Part shown: positions 1 to 8,701 of the stretch, piece after piece
Position numbering within the stretch: the first letter of the stretch is position 1
Layout: each line of letters opens with the position of its first letter
Assembly: GCA_937925475.1 (NCBI GenBank)
Contig: CALEWH010000006.1
Coordinates: 15,490-79,489, forward strand
Reading direction: 5' to 3'
DNA length: 64,000 bases
DNA from: an uncultured Clostridia bacterium
Lineage (GTDB): Bacteria; Bacillota; Clostridia; Christensenellales; UBA1242
The notes under the pieces: model-generated
Seen by the model: only the letters and a program-made list of their open reading frames with translations
Databases searched by the model: none
What the model was told of the DNA's origin: nothing
Translations under genes and position numbers: made by a program

Positions 1-312
1 ACTCTCAGGAATGACCGCCATGTGAAGTGAAGTCATATAAGGCTTGTAATAAGCAACATTGTCATCAATAAACACAACAAGCACATTATTGAAAACCTTG
101 CTGTTTATCATATGCGAAACCACCTTCACATACTTAGCAAAAACCTTATCTACAAACACGATAGATTTCTGACCTTCGACCACAATATCAGTGACCATAG
201 CAAGATCATTGGAATATGTTACTTCCATGCCAAACTTTTCTATTACTGATTTAATTCTCTTACCCAAAATATCATTGTTTTTCGAGTAGAATACTATGTT
301 TATTTTTTCCAT
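1..312 (-). CDS. 5' part (104 codons) of a gene that runs off the window edge; small alpha/beta, CheY/flavodoxin-like pattern, function unknown; occupies the slot where spo0A follows spoIVB
   Basis: Own reverse-strand translation from ATG 312..310: MEKINIVFYSKNNDILGKRIKSVIEKFGMEVTYSNDLAMVTDIVVEGQKSIVFVDKVFAKYVKVVSHMINSKVFNNVLVVFIDDNVAYYKPYMTSLHMAVIPES, open to position 1. It is truncated by the window edge, which is presumably why the ORF track omits it. A consensus-like promoter lies upstream. Confidence 0.5.
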   Translation of the reverse strand, partial: MEKINIVFYSKNNDILGKRIKSVIEKFGMEVTYSNDLAMVTDIVVEGQKSIVFVDKVFAKYVKVVSHMINSKVFNNVLVVFIDDNVAYYKPYMTSLHMAVIPES

Positions 313-335
313 AATTTACCAACGCGAACACTGAC

Positions 336-364
336 ATTATATCCGATTAAACCATATTTCGCAA
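336..364 (-). promoter_or_regulatory. Sigma-A type promoter for the gene starting at 312
   Basis: Reverse strand reads TTGCGA (364..359), a 17-nt spacer, then TATAAT (341..336). The start codon is about 24 nt downstream of the -10. Confidence 0.45.
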
Positions 365-442
365 CATTTTTGTACATTTTTTTACAAAAATTTTCACATT
401 GTACAATTTTACTATATTTGCGACATTTTCCGACAATTGTAA

Positions 443-1648
443 CTATTTTCCCAACATGAAATCAATATACAAGCCAGTGCCTTTTGTAGGATCGTTTACA
501 AACACATGCGTTACTGCTCCAATTAGTTTTCCGTTTTGTATAATAGGACTTCCGCTCATTCCTTGTACAATGCCACCCGTCTTTTCAAGCAAGTATTTGT
601 CGGTCACTCTAAATACTAGTCCTTTGTCACCGCCGTTTGATTGATAATTTGTTTTTATTATCTCTATTTCGTACTCTTTTGCTTCTTCTCCACTAACGCA
701 CGATATTATTGTGGCTTTTCCTGGGCGTGCACTTGTTTTGCCACCTATCTCTATTTTTCTTTTTTCTTCTACATCTTGCAAATTATAATAATTTCCATAC
801 ACACCATACTCGGTGTTTTTGTCAATGCTTCCAAGCGGGTCATTTTGTGTAAACATTCCTATAAGTTCACCCGGAGTTCCGCTTTTGCCCTTTTTAACTC
901 CTACAATACTACACTCGTAAATATTGCCAGAATTTATCTCTAAAATCTCGTCCGAGTTGCCACTGTTTATCGAGTGACCAAGCGAGCCAAAACGCAAAGT
1001 TTCGGGCAAAACATATGTCAAAGTTCCCACACCCAAAGCGTCTTCTTTTATCCATAGTCCGAGTTTATATGATTTTGTAAGAACATCAAACGCGGGCTTA
1101 ACCATTGTAACATAATTTTGATTGTTTCTGATATACTCGACTTCAAACTCTTTTCCGTCACACTCACTCAAAACTTTCGATATATCAACAACACTTTTAA
1201 TCTCAGTTGTGCCCATACGGATAATGCGGTCACCAGAAACAATGCCAGAGTCTTTCATCGGATTGGCTTTTCCTTCTTTGGTGATGATAAGATTGCCACC
1301 AACTACGACTACGCCTTTACTTTTTAGCGAAAAGCCTAGCACGCTTCCACCAAGAAAAACCTTATTGTCATCAAGGACTTTAACTCTAAGTGATGTGATG
1401 TTTGAAAGATTAAAAAGTCTATAATTTATGATATACTCGTCAATATCCTCGCCTTCGGCATAAGCCGATTTAAGTGAGTTTTTTACACGCACAAATGGAT
1501 TTTGTGCCAGTTTTTCCCACTCACTTTTTGTCATTACAAGTTCTTCATTTCCAACAAAGATTTTGTACGGGAATGTAAAACAAAAGAATAGAAAGAACAC
1601 TACACATAAAAAAAACAAAATACTTTTTATTCTATTCTTAGTACACAT
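443..1648 (-). CDS. spoIVB: Stage IV sporulation signalling serine peptidase SpoIVB (S55)
   Basis: 401-aa ORF with an N-terminal TM anchor, a PDZ-like middle and a C-terminal S55 pattern (GTLTYV, GHSI, GMSGSPIIQNGKLIGAVTHVF). It follows recN as in Bacillus and Clostridium. Confidence 0.9.
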   Translation of the reverse strand: MCTKNRIKSILFFLCVVFFLFFCFTFPYKIFVGNEELVMTKSEWEKLAQNPFVRVKNSLKSAYAEGEDIDEYIINYRLFNLSNITSLRVKVLDDNKVFLGGSVLGFSLKSKGVVVVGGNLIITKEGKANPMKDSGIVSGDRIIRMGTTEIKSVVDISKVLSECDGKEFEVEYIRNNQNYVTMVKPAFDVLTKSYKLGLWIKEDALGVGTLTYVLPETLRFGSLGHSINSGNSDEILEINSGNIYECSIVGVKKGKSGTPGELIGMFTQNDPLGSIDKNTEYGVYGNYYNLQDVEEKRKIEIGGKTSARPGKATIISCVSGEEAKEYEIEIIKTNYQSNGGDKGLVFRVTDKYLLEKTGGIVQGMSGSPIIQNGKLIGAVTHVFVNDPTKGTGLYIDFMLGK

Positions 1649-1672
1649 AAAAAAACTACCTCATTTGGTAGT
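1649..1672 (-). terminator. Weak hairpin plus U-run after recN, abutting the spoIVB ATG
   Basis: Reverse strand reads ACTACC-aaatga-GGTAGT followed by TTTTTTT, then ATG of spoIVB directly. The stem is only 6 bp. Confidence 0.35.
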
Positions 1673-1701
1673 TTTAATATTTTTAATATAAATATTCGTT
1701 T

Positions 1702-3396
1702 TTACAACTGGGATTTTATTCCTTTTGCTTCGGATATAAGTTGTTTTGCGTGCAAAATTGCATATTCTTTGTTTTGATTTGCACCTATCATTCGCGCTAC
1801 CTCAAACACTTTTTCATCTTCACTAAGTGGGTTTATTTTCGAATAAGTGTTTCCATTGTCTACATACTTTTCAATCTTGAATCCAACATCACTAAAACTA
1901 GCAATTTGTGCCAAGTGTGTGACACACAAAACTTGGTTTGTGCGAGCAATGCTACTCATTTTTTTAGCAACAATTATTCCGCTATCTCCGCCTATACCTG
2001 TATCAATCTCATCAAATATATATGTTTTGTGAGTCTTTTCATTGAGTGCACATTTAAAACCTAGCATAAACCTACTCATCTCACCACCAGAGATGATTTT
2101 TGATATAGGTTTGACATCAACACCTAGGTTTGCTGAAAACATAAGTGTAATGCTGTCACAGCCAAGTGGCGTAACTTCGTTTTCTATATTCGAAAGATTG
2201 TATGTATTGTCAAACTCGACTTCAAAACGCGAGTTTTTCATTCCTAGTTCGACCAATTCGGCTTCTATTTTTTCTTTGAATACAAGACTTGCTCGTTTTC
2301 TAATCTCTGTCATCTTTTCACAACACTTGTATATGTCGTTTAGTAGCAGATTTTTCTCGTTTTCCCACTCGACAAGTTTGCCTTCTGCATTGTTGATGAT
2401 ATCAAGTTGGTTTTGTGCATTTTCTAGATATGCAAATATCTCGTCGATAGTTTTGCCATATTTTCGCTTTAATGATGATATAAGGTCAAGCCTATCTTCT
2501 ATTTGATTAAGTTCGTTTTCGTCATATTCAAGACTATCAAACTCATCTCTTACAGTTTCTGTTATGTCTTCAAGTTCGTACTTTACACTACTTAGCCTAG
2601 TCGCCAAGTCCGAATATATTTGAGCGTACTTGTCTAGACCTGAAAGCATATTTGACGAAATCTTTATATTACTTAACACGCCATAATCACCATCTAGATA
2701 GTTTTGCACTTCGCTTAGCACACTCCCTATCTTCTCTGCATTAATCAAAATGTTTTTTCTATCATTAAGAGTGTCTTCTTCTCCCCTTACTAGGTTGGCA
2801 TCGCTAATCTCGTTGATTTGATAACTTAGTAGATCTTTTTGCCTTTCACGACTCTCACCACTTCCGCCAATGGATTTTATGCGGTCATTAACATCTTTAA
2901 GTTTTGTCAAATACTCGCCAAGCATTTGTTTTTCTTTATCTAGCCTATCATCGGCAAAACTATCAAGTAGTTCTAAGTGCGTAACTTCATCAAGCAAAAG
3001 CGAATGATCGTTTTGACCAAAAACATCTACAATTTGAGATGTTATTTTTTTAAGCATTCCAAGTGTAATAATTTCACCATTAAGTCGGCACTCATTTTTG
3101 CCCGATAAGGAAAATGTACGCGTAACTATAATTGTGTCTTCCCACTCAATGCCAAGATCGTCAAAAGTAGGTTTGAGACTATCATCAATCTCAAAGACTG
3201 CTTCGACTTTTGCAGTATCAGTGCCATGTTTTATGAGAGTCTTGTCACTTCTCGAACCTAAAACAAAATTGATAGAGTCAATAATGATTGATTTACCTGC
3301 GCCAGTTTCGCCGGTCAAAACATTAAAGCCATTATCAAACTCGATAGTGCACTCATCAATTAAAGCAATGTTTTTAATTTTTAATGACCTTAACAT
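1702..3396 (-). CDS. recN: DNA repair protein RecN
   Basis: 564 aa with N-terminal Walker A GETGAGKS, a long coiled-coil middle, and C-terminal SGGEMSR signature and IFDEID Walker B. Confidence 0.95.
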   Translation of the reverse strand: MLRSLKIKNIALIDECTIEFDNGFNVLTGETGAGKSIIIDSINFVLGSRSDKTLIKHGTDTAKVEAVFEIDDSLKPTFDDLGIEWEDTIIVTRTFSLSGKNECRLNGEIITLGMLKKITSQIVDVFGQNDHSLLLDEVTHLELLDSFADDRLDKEKQMLGEYLTKLKDVNDRIKSIGGSGESRERQKDLLSYQINEISDANLVRGEEDTLNDRKNILINAEKIGSVLSEVQNYLDGDYGVLSNIKISSNMLSGLDKYAQIYSDLATRLSSVKYELEDITETVRDEFDSLEYDENELNQIEDRLDLISSLKRKYGKTIDEIFAYLENAQNQLDIINNAEGKLVEWENEKNLLLNDIYKCCEKMTEIRKRASLVFKEKIEAELVELGMKNSRFEVEFDNTYNLSNIENEVTPLGCDSITLMFSANLGVDVKPISKIISGGEMSRFMLGFKCALNEKTHKTYIFDEIDTGIGGDSGIIVAKKMSSIARTNQVLCVTHLAQIASFSDVGFKIEKYVDNGNTYSKINPLSEDEKVFEVARMIGANQNKEYAILHAKQLISEAKGIKSQL

Positions 3397-3485
3397 AACT
3401 AATCTCCATTGTTATTATATCAAATATAGAACAAATGAGCAATAAATAAAAAACAAAAAAAGAAAACCAAATTGGTTTTCTTATG

Positions 3486-3938
3486 TTATTTTAAAAGTTC
3501 GTTAAGTTTGTCCTTAACATAAAAAGCGTCTTCGGCATCATTAGTAATAACCATAATAGTGTCATCACCATATGTACAACCAAGAACTTGCAAAATTGAT
3601 AATTGGTCAATAAGACTCGAAACCATACCAGCAGTACCTTTCAATACCTTAACCACAACCAAGTTCATAGCATTTTTCACAGAAATAATACACTCTTTGA
3701 AAATGGAAAGATATTTGTTTGAAAGACCTTGAACATTCGAACCAACTATCGCATACTTGTAAGTCTTATTGTCACTAAGGATTTTGATAAGACCCAACTC
3801 TTTAATGTCACGACTGATAGTCGCTTGTGTAACATCAAAGTTGGCTTCACGCAAAGCATTGACCAAATCATCTTGTGTTTCAATGTCCTTAGTAGAAATA
3901 ATTTCCAATATTTTTGATTGTCTCGAATTTCTTGCCAT
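3486..3938 (-). CDS. argR: Arginine repressor ArgR/AhrC
   Basis: ORF 3486..3950, with the start moved to ATG 3938 because GAGGTG lies 4 nt upstream. It has a winged-helix N-terminus (SRQSKILEIISTKDIETQDDLV) and a C-terminal oligomerisation domain with GDDT. ARG-box palindromes lie upstream. Confidence 0.9.
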   Translation of the reverse strand: MARNSRQSKILEIISTKDIETQDDLVNALREANFDVTQATISRDIKELGLIKILSDNKTYKYAIVGSNVQGLSNKYLSIFKECIISVKNAMNLVVVKVLKGTAGMVSSLIDQLSILQVLGCTYGDDTIMVITNDAEDAFYVKDKLNELLK

Positions 3939-3981
3939 AGAGCACCTCATCGTCTGTTGTATTTTTATAAATTGTATAACC

Positions 3982-3998
3982 TGAATATTTATTTATCA
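3982..3998. promoter_or_regulatory. ARG-box-like operator half downstream of the argR -10
   Basis: TGAATATTTATTTATCA repeats the first 11 nt of the perfect palindrome at 4047..4060. Confidence 0.4.
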
Positions 3999-4009
3999 GC
4001 GTCGCAATA

Positions 4010-4038
4010 ATTATACACTACTTTTTATTATTATGCAA
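4010..4038 (-). promoter_or_regulatory. Sigma-A type promoter of argR(-recN)
   Basis: Reverse strand reads TTGCAT (4038..4033), a 17-nt spacer, then TATAAT (4015..4010). Confidence 0.55.
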
Positions 4039-4044
4039 GGGGTT

Positions 4045-4084
4045 TTTGAATATTTATTCATTCAATTTTTTATGAATATTCAGG
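4045..4084. promoter_or_regulatory. Pair of ARG boxes (ArgR operator) just upstream of the argR -35
   Basis: Perfect 14-nt palindrome TGAATATTTATTCA at 4047..4060 and a shorter TGAATATTCA palindrome at 4073..4082. Both match the TGAAT-AT-rich-ATTCA core of ARG boxes. Confidence 0.55.
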
Positions 4085-4195
4085 CCATTTTATAAGTATA
4101 AATTTAGCCTGTATATTTATACATGTATATTTATAAATGGCTTTATTTAGCCATTTTTTAGGTGTAAGTTTTCGCATGGTATTATGCAAAAACAC

Positions 4196-4225
4196 AAAAA
4201 AATAGGGAAGAGCACTCTCCCCTAT
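4196..4225 (-). terminator. Rho-independent terminator of proS
   Basis: Reverse strand reads AGGGGAGA-GUGC-UCUUCCCU (8 bp, one G-U pair) followed by AUUUUUUU. It lies 28 nt after the proS stop. Confidence 0.7.
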
Positions 4226-4252
4226 TTTATAAAATCCAATTTTAATTTAGAG

Positions 4253-5932
4253 TTACTTTTTTAAGATTTGCATAATTTCATTAAGTGATTTTAAAGACTT
4301 ATTAAGTGATTTTCTTTCTATCAATTCGTACAAATCATTAATGCTATCGCGACCAACAATGATGATATATGGCATTCCAAGAAGTTCGGCATCAGTAAGT
4401 TTGACACCAAATGACTCTTTGCGGTCATCAATCAAAACTTCAAGTCCATTAGCTACAAGTTTGTCATATAAAGCATTTGCTTTGCTTACAAGCGACTCAT
4501 CTTTCACATTTGCAATAACAATGTGTGCATCATATGGTGCAACAATCTTCGGCCATACGATGCCAGCTTCGTCACTATATTGCTCAACAAGAGCACTTAG
4601 AGTACGAGTCACACCTATTCCATAACAACCCATTTGCATTAGTTGTTGTTTGCCATTTACATCAAGGTATTTGCAATCAAGCAATTCGGTGTAATGTGTA
4701 TCATTTTTAAAGATGTGTCCTACTTCAATACCCCTAATTACAATCATTGGATTGCCACATTTTGGACATTTGTCACCAGCAACACATTTTCTAATATCAG
4801 CATAAACATCTATTTTTAAGTCTTCAAGATTTGCGTTTTCATAGTGATAGTCTTCTTTATTGCCACCCATTACAAAATTGTGCATATTCTTGACTTCATT
4901 GTCAGCCACAACATAAACATTTTTAAGCGATGATGTAGGGCCAATAAATCCAGCAACCGAACCAGAATTTGCTATACTTTCATGGCTTGCCATTTCAAAT
5001 TTTGTAGTGTCAAGCAAGTTGATAAGTTTTACTTCTTCTACTTCTCTATCACCCCTAAGGACAGCAAGCACCAATCCTTTGTCAGTATCATATGCAACAA
5101 CTTTTAAAAAGTTTTGTGGTGTTGTGTTTAAAAACTTTGCAAGGTCTTCAATGGTTTTTACACTTGGAGTTTTGACCAAAGATTTTTCTTTGTGCCCGAC
5201 TTTCTTATTGTCTAGTTCAAAAACGCAAGGTGCTTTTTCGACATTGGCAGCATATTTGCAATGTTCGCAAACCACAATCTCATCTTCGCCTACATCATTT
5301 TTAACCATAAACTCACGAGAACCACTTCCACCCATTGCACCATTGTCGGCTTCTACTGATACAAAGTCAAGACCAAGTTTTTCAAATATACGGTCGTATG
5401 TGTCAGACATAAGTTTGAAAGATTTGTCTAGACCTTGTTTGTCAGTATCATATGAATATGCGTCATTCATTATAAATTCTTTGGCTCTAATTAATCCAAA
5501 GCGTGGTCTAACTTCATCACGGAATTTTGTTTGTGTTTGATACAAAATCACTGGAAGTTGTTTATAACTAGTGATTGCATCTTTCACTGTTTGGGTAAAC
5601 ATCTCTTCGTGTGTTGGTCCTAAACAATAATCCTTGCCATTGCGGTCTTTAAGTTTGAACATATCATTGCCAAATTTCTCAATTCGACCAGCATAAACAT
5701 CTTGTGTCAAAAGCATAGGCATTTGTACTTTAATACAACCCGCCTTATCAAGTTCTGTTTCAATTACATTTTGGATTTTGTTAAGCGCTTTTACAGCAAG
5801 TGGCAAATAAACATAAGTGCCGGCAGATTGTTTTTTTATATATCCAGCACGCACCAACAACTTGTGGCTTTTTATCTCACCATCGGCTGGGTCATCTCTA
5901 TAAGTCTTTAAAAACATTTGTGATAATTTCAT
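4253..5932 (-). CDS. proS: Prolyl-tRNA synthetase, bacterial type with editing insertion
   Basis: 559 aa. The N-terminus KLSQMFLKTYRDDPADGEIKSHKLLVRAGYI and the class II core with INS and anticodon-binding domains are typical of ProRS. Confidence 0.95.
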   Translation of the reverse strand: MKLSQMFLKTYRDDPADGEIKSHKLLVRAGYIKKQSAGTYVYLPLAVKALNKIQNVIETELDKAGCIKVQMPMLLTQDVYAGRIEKFGNDMFKLKDRNGKDYCLGPTHEEMFTQTVKDAITSYKQLPVILYQTQTKFRDEVRPRFGLIRAKEFIMNDAYSYDTDKQGLDKSFKLMSDTYDRIFEKLGLDFVSVEADNGAMGGSGSREFMVKNDVGEDEIVVCEHCKYAANVEKAPCVFELDNKKVGHKEKSLVKTPSVKTIEDLAKFLNTTPQNFLKVVAYDTDKGLVLAVLRGDREVEEVKLINLLDTTKFEMASHESIANSGSVAGFIGPTSSLKNVYVVADNEVKNMHNFVMGGNKEDYHYENANLEDLKIDVYADIRKCVAGDKCPKCGNPMIVIRGIEVGHIFKNDTHYTELLDCKYLDVNGKQQLMQMGCYGIGVTRTLSALVEQYSDEAGIVWPKIVAPYDAHIVIANVKDESLVSKANALYDKLVANGLEVLIDDRKESFGVKLTDAELLGMPYIIIVGRDSINDLYELIERKSLNKSLKSLNEIMQILKK

Positions 5933-5941
5933 AATAGTCCT

Positions 5942-6145
5942 CTACATATTTTCTTCTTTGAATGTATCTATTTCTTTTTTGATTATAGTAACTTTTCCTT
6001 TTGCTTCTTTAAGTGCAACATAACACTCCTTAGCAAGTTCGCTACCTTCCTTGAAAAGTGCAATGCCTTCATCAATTCCGATATCACCTTTTTCAAGTTT
6101 TTCAGTTATTTCTTTAAGTTTTTTTAGTTTTTCTTCCAAATTCAT
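5942..6145 (-). CDS. xseB: Exodeoxyribonuclease VII small subunit
   Basis: 67-aa helical protein (LEEKLKKLKEITEKLEKGDIGIDEGIALFKEG). Its start overlaps the xseA stop by 4 nt. Confidence 0.9.
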   Translation of the reverse strand: MNLEEKLKKLKEITEKLEKGDIGIDEGIALFKEGSELAKECYVALKEAKGKVTIIKKEIDTFKEENM

Positions 6146-7326
6146 AATTCACCTACGCTTTCTACATTCGCATTTACTTTTCCGTCCACCAAAACAAAAC
6201 TAATATCGTCACCCGCTTTTATATCGCCAATGCTTTTGACAAGTTTGTTTTTAGAACTTATTTTTGTATAACCTTTTACAAGTAAGTTTTGTGGATTAAG
6301 CACACCGATTGTGTTCAAGTATTTTTCAACACTGTTTTCATATCTTACAATATTCAAATCAATTAGACTTCCGATAAGTCCAGTCGTTTTATCCAAAACA
6401 CCTTTGCTTGCATTTATTTTACTAACTACATTATTTTCCATTTTTAGTAGCATCATATCAATAAGATTTTGGTGCTTGCTTGAAATAAAATTGATGTACT
6501 TTTCCATTTGTGACAATGTGTCCAGTATTTGACTTTCCAATAAGTCTTTTCTCCAAGCAACAAGTTCGGCAGCAGCTGACGGTGTCGGCGCTCTAAGGTC
6601 AGACACAAAGTCTATTATAGTAAAGTCTGTTTCGTGTCCAACACCACTCACAAGCGGTTTTTTACACCTGTATGTAGCGTCCGCAACAACCTCAGTATTG
6701 AAAGGTTGGAGATCTTCAAGACTGCCACCACCACGCGCAACAATTACGACATCAATATTATCATATTCACTAAAAAAGTCAATACCCTTTGCAATTTCAA
6801 ACTCAGCACCCACGCCTTGAACTTTTACTGGATACAACACAATATCAATTCCGTCGTTTCGTCTAGTGGTCACATCTATAATATCTTGAATGACCGCACC
6901 TGTGGGCGAACTTACTACACCTATGCGTTTGACCCTATCAGGAATAGGTTTTTTGCGTGCAACATCAAAGTAGCCTTTCTTTTCCAAAGCATCTTTGAGT
7001 TGTAAAAACTTCTCATATAGCAGACCTTTGCCATAAGGCATAATTTTTGTAGCATTGAAAGACAACCTACCACCTTTCAAATAGTAATTCATACTACCAG
7101 TGACAAGTACCATATCACCTAGTTTTGGCACATCAAACTTGCCCGCTCCAAAAAGAACACACGATAGCAAATTGTCTTCGTCTTTAAGATTAAAGTACGC
7201 AATGCCATTGCTAATCGTATAACTGCTTACTTCACCAAAAACACTTATGTTTTGCAACATAACTTCGCTATCAAAAATGTTTTTGATGTACTTATTAAGT
7301 TGTGCTACTGATACACAATTTTCCAT
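6142..7326 (-). CDS. xseA: Exodeoxyribonuclease VII large subunit
   Basis: 394 aa with an N-terminal OB fold (SVAQLNKYIKNIFDSE, VFGEVS) and a catalytic core (RIGVVSSPTGAVIQDI, ARGGGSLEDL). Confidence 0.95.
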   Translation of the reverse strand: MENCVSVAQLNKYIKNIFDSEVMLQNISVFGEVSSYTISNGIAYFNLKDEDNLLSCVLFGAGKFDVPKLGDMVLVTGSMNYYLKGGRLSFNATKIMPYGKGLLYEKFLQLKDALEKKGYFDVARKKPIPDRVKRIGVVSSPTGAVIQDIIDVTTRRNDGIDIVLYPVKVQGVGAEFEIAKGIDFFSEYDNIDVVIVARGGGSLEDLQPFNTEVVADATYRCKKPLVSGVGHETDFTIIDFVSDLRAPTPSAAAELVAWRKDLLESQILDTLSQMEKYINFISSKHQNLIDMMLLKMENNVVSKINASKGVLDKTTGLIGSLIDLNIVRYENSVEKYLNTIGVLNPQNLLVKGYTKISSKNKLVKSIGDIKAGDDISFVLVDGKVNANVESVGEL

Positions 7327-7333
7327 AACATAA

Positions 7334-7732
7334 CTACTCGTTGTCTTTGATTATATTTGCTATTACTCCGTTTACAAACTTAGCACTTTTAGGTGTGGAA
7401 AACTTTTTAGCGAGTTCGACACTTTCATTGGCTACAATTTTGGCTGGGGTCAATTTGTAGTATTTTATCTCATACAATGCCATCATAAGTATAGCTAAAT
7501 CAACTTTATATACATCTTCGACCTTATACACTTTGATGTATTTTGCAAGGTCGTCTAGTATAATAGTTTTTTTATCGACTATCTCACCATACATATCACT
7601 CAACCAATTTTTGTTTTCCTCGTCAATATTTTCGTCCGACATTATCTCATCGTACAAAAAATCACTTTCGTCATGAAAGCATTGCTCAAAAACTAATTGA
7701 AACAATTTTTCTCTTGCTGTTATTCTTCCCAT
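7334..7732 (-). CDS. nusB: Transcription antitermination factor NusB
   Basis: ORF 7334..7765 trimmed to ATG 7732, which has GAGGAG upstream. The sequence has a NusB-like helical pattern (AREKLFQLVFE, ESVELAKKFS, KFVNGVI). Confidence 0.88.
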   Translation of the reverse strand: MGRITAREKLFQLVFEQCFHDESDFLYDEIMSDENIDEENKNWLSDMYGEIVDKKTIILDDLAKYIKVYKVEDVYKVDLAILMMALYEIKYYKLTPAKIVANESVELAKKFSTPKSAKFVNGVIANIIKDNE

Positions 7733-7783
7733 AATCTCCTCACAAAAACAAACCCCTGGCTCCATAAAGTCAAGGGTCTATTA

Positions 7784-8164
7784 CTATACTATTTCTTCGT
7801 CCTTAGGAAAATCCACACCTAGGACATGAACATTTATTCGGTCAATTTTCATCTCAATCATTGACGCAAGACTGTTTTTGATGTTTTCTTGAACTTTATA
7901 TGCTATCTCAGATACATTATATCCATAAAACACATTTAGATAAACATCAACATTCATTGAGTCATTAATATAAGTGATTTTTACACCTTCATAGTAGTTG
8001 TTGCTAAACCAACGCATTAAGACAGAGCCAAAGTTTGCTACCAAGCTACTTACCCCTGCTATCTCTTTTGTAGCAAGGTTAATAACTGACAACACGATAT
8101 TGCGGTCATAAGTTACTCTTCCCTTAGCGGGTTTATTAAGATAATTGTTGTCTTTATATACCAT
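7784..8164 (-). CDS. Asp23/Gls24 family envelope stress protein
   Basis: 126 aa with the DUF322 pattern (GRVTYDRNIVLSVINLATKEIAGVSSL). It lies between spoIIIAH and nusB, as yqhY does in Bacillus. Confidence 0.85.
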   Translation of the reverse strand: MVYKDNNYLNKPAKGRVTYDRNIVLSVINLATKEIAGVSSLVANFGSVLMRWFSNNYYEGVKITYINDSMNVDVYLNVFYGYNVSEIAYKVQENIKNSLASMIEMKIDRINVHVLGVDFPKDEEIV

Positions 8165-8188
8165 ACTCCAATTCCTTTTTACAGGGTA

Positions 8189-8217
8189 AGTATATCACAA
8201 ACAATTCTCTTTTGCAA
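8189..8217 (-). promoter_or_regulatory. Sigma-A promoter (extended -10) for asp23-nusB-xseAB-proS
   Basis: Reverse strand reads TTGCAA (8217..8212), a 17-nt spacer ending in TGa, then TATACT (8194..8189). It starts directly after the spoIIIAH stop. Confidence 0.55.
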
Positions 8218-8700
8218 TTATTCTACTGGAATAATTTTGATATTATCAAAGGTATAATCACTGCAAGTTTCGACAACATTGACAATTTGCGACAATTCTT
8301 CGTCTGCAAATGCCTTGCCTTTGATTATTACATTTACATTGTTTGTAAGCGCTGACACTACTACATCACTAAATCCAAGCGACTTGATGTTGTTTTCAAG
8401 TGTGGTTTGGGTGTTGATTGTTTGATTTAGTTTCAACATCTCCGCTTCGGCATTTTGTTTTGCCTCCGCACTTGTATTTTCACTATCAATGATGGCTTTC
8501 AAATATATCATCTCTTGATTGTATGTGTTTGCTCTATCATCACGATAGTTGGTGAAAAAGTTTGCTGTACTTATCACATTGTCACCATTGGTTTTGGCCT
8601 TTGCCGAAATATTGTTGTTTAGCACGATGTTTAACACCGCTGTCACTGCAAGCAACAAACAAAAACTTGCAATAATAAAAAATCTCTTTTTCTTAGTCAT
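8218..8700 (-). CDS. spoIIIAH: Stage III sporulation protein AH
   Basis: 160 aa with an N-terminal TM anchor and a YscJ/FliF-like C-terminal part (FFTNYRDDRANTYNQEM, IKSLGFSDVVV). It is the last gene of the spoIIIA cluster. Confidence 0.75.
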   Translation of the reverse strand: MTKKKRFFIIASFCLLLAVTAVLNIVLNNNISAKAKTNGDNVISTANFFTNYRDDRANTYNQEMIYLKAIIDSENTSAEAKQNAEAEMLKLNQTINTQTTLENNIKSLGFSDVVVSALTNNVNVIIKGKAFADEELSQIVNVVETCSDYTFDNIKIIPVE

Positions 8701-8701
8701 A

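Noticed and set aside
5933-5941. Looked for T-box or other leaders upstream of proS (5933..5941) and hisS (35245..35263).
   Set aside because: Only 9 and 19 nt separate these genes from the preceding stop codons, so there is no room for a riboswitch or T-box. They appear to be co-transcribed with the upstream genes.
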